From a bacterium (lineage in GTDB: Bacteria; UBA8248; JACPRG01; G963555815): DNA of 64,000 bases. The DNA lies in NCBI GenBank assembly GCA_965218795.1, contig OZ244653.1, positions 4,832,001 to 4,896,000 of the forward strand, written 5' to 3'. Shown here in pieces: positions 21,456 to 30,416 of this stretch. A program made the position numbers and the translations under genes. The notes beneath the pieces were generated by a model. That model was not told where the DNA came from, did no database searches, and was given only the letters and a program-made list of their open reading frames with translations. Position 1 is the stretch's first letter. Every line of letters begins with the position of its first letter.

Positions 21456-22057
21456 GACGTTACGACTGCATGAAGATCCTGGGCTCCAGGCTCAGGGAGG
21501 AACTGGTCATCCTGGCGCTCGGCGGGAGCGTGGATGAATGGTACAACGCCGCGCCGCATATGCGGGATGCGAGCCTCTTTCAGCAGCAGCTCGGCTGCGT
21601 GACCCCCCAGGCGTTCGGGCTCGCCGTCGGGCTGCCGCACCGGAAGATCGTCTCGCTCGATACGGACGGCGGAATGCTCTTCAACCTCGGGATCCTGGCG
21701 ACTCTGGTCAATGAGCAGCCGAAAAACCTCTTCGTCGTCGTCTGGGACAATCAATGCTATTTGTCCATCGGAGGGCCGCCCACCCACACGTCCAGGCGCG
21801 CGGATATCGCGGGGATGGCCCGCGGCACCGGAATCGAGCGCGCCTATACGGTTGACAATCTGGAGGACTTCGAGCGGCTGTGCGACGAAGGTCTTCCGGC
21901 GGACGAGCTCTATCTCATCGTCGCCAAGGTCGAGCCCTCGGTCCATTCGGAGTTGAAACGGAAGCACAGCGACGGGCAGGAGGACAAGTATATCTTCGTC
22001 CGACACGTCGAGGAGACCGAGGGCGTGGTCATCATGGGACCCAGCGAGCACAACTGA
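21452..22057 (+). CDS. ThDP-dependent decarboxylase beta subunit (ComE-like)
   Basis: GTG overlaps the alpha stop; DTDGGMLFNLG...VVWDN ThDP-binding motif variant. Confidence 0.86.
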   Translation: MRRYDCMKILGSRLREELVILALGGSVDEWYNAAPHMRDASLFQQQLGCVTPQAFGLAVGLPHRKIVSLDTDGGMLFNLGILATLVNEQPKNLFVVVWDNQCYLSIGGPPTHTSRRADIAGMARGTGIERAYTVDNLEDFERLCDEGLPADELYLIVAKVEPSVHSELKRKHSDGQEDKYIFVRHVEETEGVVIMGPSEHN

Positions 22058-22238
22058 CTGGGATTCGAGGTTCAGGTTCCTTTTCCATGGTGTGAGCCTG
22101 AAGCCGATTTCGATGGATTCCTTCCTGCTGGCGTGATTCCGGTCTATTCGAGAACCCTGTCTTCCGGGCTTGCGCCTGGATACGCACGGCTGCGCTGTCG
22201 AAGACATAAAGCGCGTTATTTCATCAGTTCAGGGTTTG

Positions 22239-22737
22239 TGTACAGCCAGGCGTCTTCCCGAACAAATGATATTTTGCAAAGGGGAAACGAGCTCCCCCGG
22301 ATGCCTGCCCTCGAATGTCTTCGTCGGGGGCAGAGGGGAGGAGCCGTGACAACGGCAGAGTAGGTGGACTCCCGCCCCCGGCGTAAGGCCAGGGGGAATG
22401 ACAGATGGGTGGGGTTGCGTGACGCTGTTTCGTCATTCCTGCCTCCTGTCGGAACCATGCAGGGGCAGGCCGCGGGAAGGACGGGTTTGGGGACGCCTCG
22501 TCAAGCGTCCTTCCCCTGGATTCCTGTTGCAGCCTGCCCTTGAATGTCTTGGTCGGGGCGGGAATGGCCGGGTTGGAGGTCGCGCGGCCCATGTTCGTCA
22601 TTCCTGCTTGCCTGCCAGCCTGTCCCCCTGGATTGCTGCAGGAGCCTGTCCTCGAAGGCTTTTATCGGGAGCGGGAATGACCGGGTTGGAGGTCACGCGG
22701 CCCATGTTCGTCATTCCTGCGAAAGCAGGAATCCAGG
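22239..22737. repeat. Cluster of palindromic GTCATTCCTGC-N-GCAGGAATCCAG repeats plus a 73-bp conserved module
   Basis: Tandem units at 22516-22606 and 22628-22737; modules shared with 25640-25875, 52300-52635 and 61662-62080. Confidence 0.85.
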
Positions 22738-22863
22738 AAGTTGTACGCTTTCGGTTACGGATATCTCCACATCGTCCGTCCCGACAGGCATACGCCGCGG
22801 TGCGCCCCGGTCTGCTTTCATGCGTTGACTGTATCGAGGCGGGCGTCGGCGGAAGATCCCGCG

Positions 22864-25302
22864 TCACTTCCAGCAAACGACAGGAACCGTGAAGCGGCGC
22901 GCGCGGCTTGCCGCGCCCTCGCCTCCGATCCCTTTTCCGGGACTGGCCGTGTTGTAGTCGATGCCGTGAATGTCGAGGAAGCCGCGCACGATGGCCCCCT
23001 TGATCGCGAAGTTCACGTTTTGAGGGATGTCGCCGACCAGTAGCATCGTTTTCAGCGCGTTGAGCTTGGCCACCACGATCCCGATCACGTTGCCGCCCGC
23101 GTCGAGCAGCGGGCCGCCGCTGTTTCCGGGTTGGACGGGAGCCGTGATCTGGAGAACGCGCGGGTTGTCGCCGGGGCCGGCGAGCGCGCTGACAGCGCCG
23201 TCCGTGACGTTGAGGTCGCTCGCGAGCAGGCCGCGGAGAGGGAAGCCGGAGACCGTCACCGGCTCGCCGAGCTTCGCGCGGGTCGATCGGAACGCCGCGC
23301 CCATGCCGTCCGTCCGGCTGGTGGACAGCAGGGCGAGATCATCCGCCTCGCTCACCGCGCGAACGGCGGCGTCCCGGTCTTTCCCCTCGAAGGTGACGGT
23401 GAGCCGCGCGCAGCCGTCGATGACGTGACGGTTGGTGAGAACGTGGCCGCGCGCGTCGGCGAAGAACCCGCTGCCGCTCGCGGCTTTCTCGAGGTCTTGT
23501 CGTCGTTCGCCCTTGCCGGCGGGCGGACTGTCGGCCTTGCGCCCGGTCCCGCCCTCGATGCGGCGCAAAAGCGACGCGCTGAGTTCCTGCGCCCGTGAGA
23601 TCTGGGAGAGGGTCATGCGCCGCCGGATGCTGTCCTTGTTCGTGACGGCGGCTTCGCTTCCTTGCGCCGCGGCAAGGTTGTACCAGGCGTAGGCGCGGAC
23701 GTCATCCTCCGGCACGCCCTCGCCGTTGGCGTACATCACGCCGAGGTTGAGCTGGGCGTTGGCGTGTCCCTGCTCGGCGGCTCGTCGGTACCACTTCACC
23801 GCTTCTCGGTCATCCTCCGGCACGCCCTCGCCATTGGCGTACATCAGGCCGAGGTTGAATTGGGCGTCGGCGAACCCCTGCCCGGCGGCTCGTCGGAACC
23901 ACTTCACGGCTTCGCGGTCATCCTTCGGCACGCCCTCGCCGTTGTCGTACATATTGCCGAGGTTGAACTGGGCGTCGGCGTTCCCCTGCTCGGCTGCTTG
24001 TCGGTACCACTTCACGGCTTCGCGGTCGTCCTCCGGCACGCCCTCGCCATTGTCGTACATATTGCCGAGGTTGAACTGGGCGTCGGCGTTCCCCTGCTCG
24101 GCTGCTTGTCGGTACCACTTCACGGCTTCGCGGTCGTCCTTCGGCACGCCCACGCCTCCGTGGTACATCACGCCGAGCAAGTGCTGGGCAGAGGCGTTCC
24201 CCTGCTCGGCTGCACGTCGGTACCACTTCACGGCTTCGCGGTCGTCCTCCGGCACGCCCTTGCCTATGTGGTACATCAGGCCGAGGATGAGTTGGGCGCC
24301 GGCGTTCCCCTGCCCGGCGGCTCGTCGGTACCATTTCACTGCTTCGCGGTCGTCCTTCGGCACGCCCTCGCCGTTGTAGTACATCCCGCCGAGGTAGAGT
24401 TGGGCGCCGGCATCCCCCTGCCCGGCGGCTCGTCGGTACCACTTCACTGCTTCGCGGTCGTCCTTCGGCACGCCCCTGCCATTGGCGTACATCCCGCCGA
24501 GGGCAACCTGGGCGAGGGCGTTCCCCTGCCCGGCGGCTCGTCGGTACCACTTCACCGCTTCGCGGTCGTCCTTCGGCACGCCCCTGCCATTGGCGTACAT
24601 CGCGCCGAGGGTAGCCTGGGCGCTAGCGTGTCCCTGCCCGGCGGCCTTGCGGAACCACTTCACGGCCTCGCGGTCATCCTTCGGCACGCCCCTGCCCTTG
24701 ACGTACATCCCGCCGAGGGTAGCCTGGGCGAGGGCATCCCCCTGCCCGGCGGCTCGTCGGTACCACTTCACCGCTTCGCGGTCGTCCTTCGGCACGCCGC
24801 TGCCATTGGCGTACATCACGCCGAGGGCAACCTGGGCGAGGGCGAACCCCTTCTCGGCGGCTCGTCGATACCATTTCACCGCTTCGCGGTCATCCTTCGG
24901 CACGCCCCTGCCCTTGGCGTACATCGCGCCGAGGGTAGCCTGGGCGCTAGCGATCCCCTGCCCGGCGGCCTTGCGGAACCACTTCACGGCCTCGCGGTCA
25001 TCCTTCGGCACGCCCTCGCCGTTGGCGTACATCAGGCCGAGGATAGCCTGGGCGAGGGCGAACCCCTTCTCGGCGGCTCGGCGGAACAACTTCGCAGCGG
25101 CAGCGTCATCGCCCCGGTCTCGGTCTTCGATGCCCGCCTGCAAGTCGTCCGAACCCGCCTTCAGGCCCTCCGGCGTCCGGGTCCGGGGCGCCGCGCGGTC
25201 TTCCTCAAGGCCCCGCGTTGGCGGGGAACACGCTGTGAGTCCCAGAAACAGGACAAGGAGCGCGACAGCGCGGCGCGATGCGGAACGGAAATTCACTCTC
25301 AT
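22864..25302 (-). CDS. Lipoprotein with 13 Sel1-like repeats and a C-terminal trypsin-like serine protease
   Basis: Lipobox LTAC after ATG 25302; 36-aa repeats AQxxLGxMYxxGxGVPKDDREAVKW; triad motifs TNRHV, DLALL, GNSGGP. Confidence 0.92.
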   Translation of the reverse strand: MRVNFRSASRRAVALLVLFLGLTACSPPTRGLEEDRAAPRTRTPEGLKAGSDDLQAGIEDRDRGDDAAAAKLFRRAAEKGFALAQAILGLMYANGEGVPKDDREAVKWFRKAAGQGIASAQATLGAMYAKGRGVPKDDREAVKWYRRAAEKGFALAQVALGVMYANGSGVPKDDREAVKWYRRAAGQGDALAQATLGGMYVKGRGVPKDDREAVKWFRKAAGQGHASAQATLGAMYANGRGVPKDDREAVKWYRRAAGQGNALAQVALGGMYANGRGVPKDDREAVKWYRRAAGQGDAGAQLYLGGMYYNGEGVPKDDREAVKWYRRAAGQGNAGAQLILGLMYHIGKGVPEDDREAVKWYRRAAEQGNASAQHLLGVMYHGGVGVPKDDREAVKWYRQAAEQGNADAQFNLGNMYDNGEGVPEDDREAVKWYRQAAEQGNADAQFNLGNMYDNGEGVPKDDREAVKWFRRAAGQGFADAQFNLGLMYANGEGVPEDDREAVKWYRRAAEQGHANAQLNLGVMYANGEGVPEDDVRAYAWYNLAAAQGSEAAVTNKDSIRRRMTLSQISRAQELSASLLRRIEGGTGRKADSPPAGKGERRQDLEKAASGSGFFADARGHVLTNRHVIDGCARLTVTFEGKDRDAAVRAVSEADDLALLSTSRTDGMGAAFRSTRAKLGEPVTVSGFPLRGLLASDLNVTDGAVSALAGPGDNPRVLQITAPVQPGNSGGPLLDAGGNVIGIVVAKLNALKTMLLVGDIPQNVNFAIKGAIVRGFLDIHGIDYNTASPGKGIGGEGAASRARRFTVPVVCWK
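23660..25063 (-). repeat. 108-bp coding tandem repeat (13 Sel1 units)
   Basis: Near-identical GTGCCGAAGGACGACCGCGAAGC framework every 108 bp; boundaries approximate. Confidence 0.92.
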
Positions 25303-25639
25303 GCGGCATTCCCCGAATGGCTCCCGGCTTCGGCTCCGATGGTAGCGGAACATGCTGTTTGACGGGAACCTGAAACGCATGTTGGCCGGATTCGCCTGGT
25401 TTTGGGCAAATATATCTGCTTTCGCGGCCCGGTTCCGACCGGTTTCGTCCCGTCCGGACATCACTGCTCCCTTCACCGTCTCGTTACCCTTCGGTTCGAC
25501 CTGCCGCCGGGAGCGTCCATAACGTGTATGACCAGGCTTCTTCCCTCACAGTTTGGATAAACTCCCTGACCGTGCGATGGGACGCCTCCCCATGTTGCGG
25601 CAGCCCTGATGAGGCCGCTCGGTGTTGTAGAACTCGACG

Positions 25640-25875
25640 AAGCGTCTCGACGAGGCGTGTCTTGACGAGGCGTCTTCAGGTGCGCGTTCAGGTCCTTCCC
25701 TCGCAACCCGCCCCGTGCTGCCTGGATTCCTGCTGGAGCCTGTCCTCGAAGGCTTTTATCGGGGGCAGGAATGACCGGGTTGGAGGTCACGCGGCCCATG
25801 TTCGTCATTCCTGCGAAAGCAGGAATCCAGGGAAAGGAACGCTTGACGAGGCGTCCCCAAACCACGCGCCCCCTC
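25640..25875. repeat. Palindromic repeat cluster containing a 110-bp direct repeat of 22628-22737
   Basis: 25722-25831 matches 22628-22737 with 4 mismatches; GACGAGGCGTC modules also present. Confidence 0.88.
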
Positions 25876-26590
25876 AACTTCCACGCACCCAGGCCGGTTG
25901 TCAGCGATCAGCAACCAGTTCCTTGGATAACGTTTGAATCCGGGTTCGCAAGATTTCCCGGCTTCCCGTTCACAGAAACCAGTACGCGGCCTCCGTCCAT
26001 CCCTGTTCTATGGCATCCCTTCGTCCCGGAGAACCTCGGGTATCGTCAGGAAGGCATTTTCTTTTCCGAATCACCATTTTGACCGGAGCGATCCAATTGT
26101 CAATCCTGTCCAGGGACACGGTCCGGCGCGTTTTTTCGCTTGAACCCTCCGATTCGTATGGGACGGTATCGGCGGGCCGAACAGCCGGGAACTTCTTGCG
26201 TCAAAGCGCCGCCGGCGTGGCGAGGCGTGGCGGGAGGGCCGGTCGCCGGCTCCCGGCAAGGGTGGAGCAAAAGGTTTTTGAATCAGAGGGATTTCTTGAC
26301 CTCAAGCCTCGCAATCCACGATAATTCAACCCCCGGAAAAGATATGCCGGTTTGTTGCGCCGGCCCCATAACGGGATAGCTCATGGATGGGCGCCGCACT
26401 CCTTATTGGGATATCCTGCGATACCCTGTGTCTTGGGGTTTTCTCACCGCCGAGCTTTTCAGCGGGTCATCCCGCCGCCGTCCACATCCGTGGCCCCGGC
26501 CTGAACCAATGGAGAACGCCGGGGCAGGGGACGACGAAACGTCATTTTGAATGGAACCCGGAATCGGACCCACAAAGGGAGGTGAATTCT

Positions 26591-27760
26591 ATGTTCAGGA
26601 AATCCATCGCGGCAATGGCCGGACTGCTGGCCCTGGTGTTCTCGGGTCAGGCGCAGGCGGCGGATCCGGTCCGGATTGGATACTCGATCGCGAAGACCGG
26701 CCTGTTCTCCAAGGCGGCCCCGTCACAGATTACGGCCTATGAGCTCTGGCGGGATCAGGTGAACGCGGCGGGAGGATTGAACGTCGCCGGGGTCAAGCGT
26801 CCCGTGAAGCTCGTCTGGTACGACGACGAGTCGAACCCTGCGAAAGCGGCCCATATTTATGAAAAGCTCATCACGGACGACAAGGTGGACCTCCTGCTGG
26901 CCCCCTGGGGCACCCCCCACCACCTGAACGTGGCCGGCGTGGTGGAGAAGTACAGGTTCCCGATGGTCGGCAACACGGCCGCTTCCGTGGCCATTCGCAA
27001 GGTATCGCCGGGCTACATCTGGTTTCCGACCTCCGCCATCCCGGACCGGATCGGCAATGAGCTGGCGGCCCTGGCCAAGGCCAACGGGGTCAAGAGTGCC
27101 GCGGTGATCTCGAACGTCCTGCCGTTCTCGCAGGAGAACCGGCAGTTCCTCATTCCCGCCTTGAAGAAGGCCGGCATCGAGGTCAAGGTCAACGCGCAGT
27201 ACCCGCCCGATGTGAAAGACATGACGACGATGCTGGCGAACATCAAGAACGCGGGCGTGGACGCCGTCATCGGTCTCTCCTATCCCGCCGACTCGTTCCT
27301 CTACATGGGGCAGGCCAAAGAGCTCGGCATCCAGGCGCCGTTTCAATTTCTGCTCGTCGGGCCGACGATCGATGCGTTCGGCAAGGCCTTCGGGAAATTC
27401 GCGAACGGGATTGTAACGATTGGCCACTGGAGCCCTCATCAGAAGGCCTGGCCCAGGGGAAAGGCGTTCTTCGACGCTTACAGGGCGAAATTCAAGGGTG
27501 CGTCGCCGGACTATCTGGACACGGCCCTGGCTTACATATCGTGCGAGATCCTCCAGCAGGCGGTCGCCAAGGCGGGCCTCAATCGCCAAAAGCTGCGGGA
27601 GGTCATTGCGAACGGGACGTTCGAGACCATCAACGGCCCCATTCGATTCAAAGGCGTTCAGAACACGGTTACGCCGACCGCCTTTCTTCAAATGCAAGGC
27701 GGCGAGATGCACTTGATCTGGCCCAAGAGCATCTCGACGAGCAAGTTCCAGCCGCGGTAA
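26591..27760 (+). CDS. Liv-type (aromatic/amino-acid) ABC substrate-binding protein
   Basis: Signal peptide, VRIGYSIAKTG, YDDESNP, DKVDLLLAPWGT. Confidence 0.9.
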   Translation: MFRKSIAAMAGLLALVFSGQAQAADPVRIGYSIAKTGLFSKAAPSQITAYELWRDQVNAAGGLNVAGVKRPVKLVWYDDESNPAKAAHIYEKLITDDKVDLLLAPWGTPHHLNVAGVVEKYRFPMVGNTAASVAIRKVSPGYIWFPTSAIPDRIGNELAALAKANGVKSAAVISNVLPFSQENRQFLIPALKKAGIEVKVNAQYPPDVKDMTTMLANIKNAGVDAVIGLSYPADSFLYMGQAKELGIQAPFQFLLVGPTIDAFGKAFGKFANGIVTIGHWSPHQKAWPRGKAFFDAYRAKFKGASPDYLDTALAYISCEILQQAVAKAGLNRQKLREVIANGTFETINGPIRFKGVQNTVTPTAFLQMQGGEMHLIWPKSISTSKFQPR

Positions 27761-27895
27761 TCCGTCGGATGGCTCGTGCCGATGAAGCGGGGGCGGGCGG
27801 CCGTTCGCCCGAAATGCCCGCCCGCCCCCGTCGCTGAATGATCCCGCGGCCACAGTCCGCCCCTTCCCAACCCTTCATCGGGAGTCGCGGGAACG

Positions 27896-28786
27896 TTGGA
27901 CATCATGTTTTCCGGACAATTGCTCTTTTCCGCCTTGGTGCTGGGATCCCTCTATGCCCTCATCGCCCTGGGGCTGAATCTGGTTTATGGGACCATGCAG
28001 CTGTTAAACGTCGCACACGGCGATCTGATCATGATCGGCGCGTACACCTCCTTCTGGCTGTTCACGGTGGCCGACATTCCGCCGCCGGTCTCCATGGTTC
28101 TGGCGGTCGGGATTGCCGCGGGATTCGGGGCGGCGGCCTACTACGGTTTATTCCGCCGCCAGTTGGGCTCGACCCTCACAGTTCAACGTCTGGAGGCGAA
28201 TTCGCTGCTTTTGTTCTTCGGCCTGTCCGTCGTGCTTCAAAATCTCGCGTCTCTCGCCTTCACGGCTTCCCCCCGGGCGTATCCATATCTGGACGGCGTG
28301 TACAGGTTCGGAGGGATTGCCATGACGGGCAACCGCCTCTTGGCGCTCCTGGTGAGCGTCCTGCTTTGCGTCGCCGTGATTGCGTTTCTGCGCGTGAGCA
28401 TTTACGGCCTGGCCATCAAGGCCCTGATCCAGAATCGGACCGCCGCCGCGGTGGTCGGGGTCAATGTGGGGCGCGTTCAGCTGCTGAGCTTCTGCATCGG
28501 CTTCGGCGTGGCGGGCCTCGCCGGCTCTCTCCTCAGCATGACGGAGCAAATCACGCCTTTCATGGGTTTCCCTTTCACGATTGCGGCCTTCGTCGTCATC
28601 ATTCTGGGGGGTCTGGGAAATTTATTGGGGGGCATGTTGGCGGGTCTGTTCCTGGGCTTCCTGCAGATTTACGGAGTTGCGCTGACTTCGCCGATCTACG
28701 GGGCCATCCTTCACTACGGGACTTTCGTGGCGATTCTCCTCCTGCTGCCGCAAGGGCTGCTCGGGGGCCGGAGGATCGGACGGTGA
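27896..28786 (+). CDS. LivH-type ABC permease
   Basis: YALIALGLNLVYG..NVAHGD, IILGGLG. Confidence 0.92.
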   Translation: MDIMFSGQLLFSALVLGSLYALIALGLNLVYGTMQLLNVAHGDLIMIGAYTSFWLFTVADIPPPVSMVLAVGIAAGFGAAAYYGLFRRQLGSTLTVQRLEANSLLLFFGLSVVLQNLASLAFTASPRAYPYLDGVYRFGGIAMTGNRLLALLVSVLLCVAVIAFLRVSIYGLAIKALIQNRTAAAVVGVNVGRVQLLSFCIGFGVAGLAGSLLSMTEQITPFMGFPFTIAAFVVIILGGLGNLLGGMLAGLFLGFLQIYGVALTSPIYGAILHYGTFVAILLLLPQGLLGGRRIGR

Positions 28787-29691
28787 ACGGCGGATGGACG
28801 CTGACTGCGGCAGCTGTCGTCTTGACGGGCGCGCTTCTCATTCCGTGGATCGTCGGACCTTATTATCTGACAGCCGCCCTTTCGCTCTGGATGTGGGTGG
28901 CCCTGACCCAGAGCTGGATCATCCTTTCCGGCATGGGGGGTTACATTTCCCTGGGGCATGTGGTGTTTTACGGATTGGGCGCCTATGCCTCCGTTGTTTC
29001 CTGGAAGGTGCTGCCGCTCTACCTGACGATTCCACTCGCGGGTCTCGCGACCGGAATGTTCGCCTTGTGCATCGGTCCGCCCGTCCTTCGCGTGCGCGGC
29101 CCCTACTTTGTCATCTTGACATTCGGTCTGGCCGAGCTGATCAAGTTCATCGTCGTCAACGTGGAGACGGCCCTGGGACAGGCGAGTCGGCTCCTGTTCG
29201 GTACGCCGGACGTTTCCGATCTCTATTTCGTCATGCTGGGTCTGGCGGCGGCTTCGAGCCTGATGGCCTATCTCGCTCGGCGATCACGGCTCGGGCGGGG
29301 GCTCTTGGCGATCCGAGAGGACGAGGAGGCGGCCGAGACGATCGGTATCCCCGTGGCGAAGTACAAGGTCTTCGCCTACGCCGTCTCCGCCGTGATCCCG
29401 GGAATGGTCGGGGCGGTGATGGCGCTTCGATCGACCTATTTCGAGCCGTTGCAGGTCTTCAGCCCCGCGGTCTCTTTCACGGTCGTCACGATGGCCGTCA
29501 TCGGCGGCAGCGACGACGCTCGCGGTCCTCTCGTCGGTGCGGTCTTCTTGGTGGTCCTCTCCGAATTGTTGTGGGCCAACGCCCCGCAGCTTTACATGAT
29601 CATTCTCGGTGGGCTTCTCGTGGGCTTTGTCCTTTTCGCTCCTCAGGGAATCGTCGGGCGGATGACCGGACGGCGGAGGGCGCCCGGATGA
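28783..29691 (+). CDS. LivM-type ABC permease
   Basis: GYISLGH, RVRGPYF, AIREDEEAA; GTG overlaps the upstream stop. Confidence 0.92.
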   Translation: MNGGWTLTAAAVVLTGALLIPWIVGPYYLTAALSLWMWVALTQSWIILSGMGGYISLGHVVFYGLGAYASVVSWKVLPLYLTIPLAGLATGMFALCIGPPVLRVRGPYFVILTFGLAELIKFIVVNVETALGQASRLLFGTPDVSDLYFVMLGLAAASSLMAYLARRSRLGRGLLAIREDEEAAETIGIPVAKYKVFAYAVSAVIPGMVGAVMALRSTYFEPLQVFSPAVSFTVVTMAVIGGSDDARGPLVGAVFLVVLSELLWANAPQLYMIILGGLLVGFVLFAPQGIVGRMTGRRRAPG

Positions 29692-30416
29692 GCTTGATCG
29701 AGATACAAGAGATCAGCAAGTCTTTCGGCGGTCTCCACGCGCTGAGGGCGGTTTCTGTCGCCGTCGAACCTCATGAAACCGTCGGGGTCATGGGCGCGAA
29801 CGGCGCCGGGAAGACGACCCTTTTCGGATTGATTGCCGGCCACCAGCGCCCGAGCGGCGGGGATATCCTCTTCGAGGGGCGTCGGCTGAACGGCTTGCGG
29901 CCGGATCAGATCTGTCGCCTTGGAATCGCCCGCACGTTTCAGATCGTCCGGCCGTTTCGCGGCCTGACCGTACTCGACAATGTGGCCACCGCAGCCTTGT
30001 TCGGCTCCATCACCGCTTCGACTCAGGCGGCAGCGGGCGCGAGGGCGCGGGAAGTCCTGGCCGACGTCGGGTTGGGCGACCGGGCGGACGATGCGGCCGG
30101 AGCACTCACCTTGTCTGGACAGAAGCGGCTGGAGGTGGCCAAAGCGGTCGCGACCGGCCCGAAGCTCTTGATGCTCGACGAGGTGATGGGGGGTCTGACA
30201 CCGTCCGAAGTCGGGGCGATGCTGGAGACGATCCGCGCGCTCAAAGCCAAGCACGGGCTGACGTTGTTGGTGATCGAGCACATGATGCGGGCCCTGATGG
30301 AACTGTCGGACCGAATCGTCGTACTGCACCATGGAGAGCTGATCGCGGAAGGTCAGCCGAAGCATATCGCTGACAATCCGCGTGTGCTGGAAGCCTACGT
30401 GGGGAAGACGCCATGA
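29688..30416 (+). CDS. LivG-type ABC ATPase
   Basis: GANGAGKTT, ARTFQIVRPF, LDE. Confidence 0.93.
   Translation: MSLIEIQEISKSFGGLHALRAVSVAVEPHETVGVMGANGAGKTTLFGLIAGHQRPSGGDILFEGRRLNGLRPDQICRLGIARTFQIVRPFRGLTVLDNVATAALFGSITASTQAAAGARAREVLADVGLGDRADDAAGALTLSGQKRLEVAKAVATGPKLLMLDEVMGGLTPSEVGAMLETIRALKAKHGLTLLVIEHMMRALMELSDRIVVLHHGELIAEGQPKHIADNPRVLEAYVGKTP

Noticed and set aside
22133-22892. Short ORFs containing VIPAKAGIQ or WIPAFAGMT (also at 25.5-26.0, 52.2-52.7 and 61.6-62.1 kb)
   Set aside because: These are translations of the palindromic DNA repeats, not genes
23660-25063. Regular repeat with variable segments resembling a CRISPR array
   Set aside because: The period is exactly 108 bp and in frame, encoding Sel1 repeats; the variable parts are homologous to each other; no cas genes
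22864-25302. Diversity-generating retroelement
   Set aside because: No reverse transcriptase or separate template repeat in the window, and the variation is not demonstrably adenine-specific
27788-27829. GC-rich hairpin after the Liv-type binding protein gene
   Set aside because: An ordinary intra-operon stem-loop with no U-tract; not distinctive
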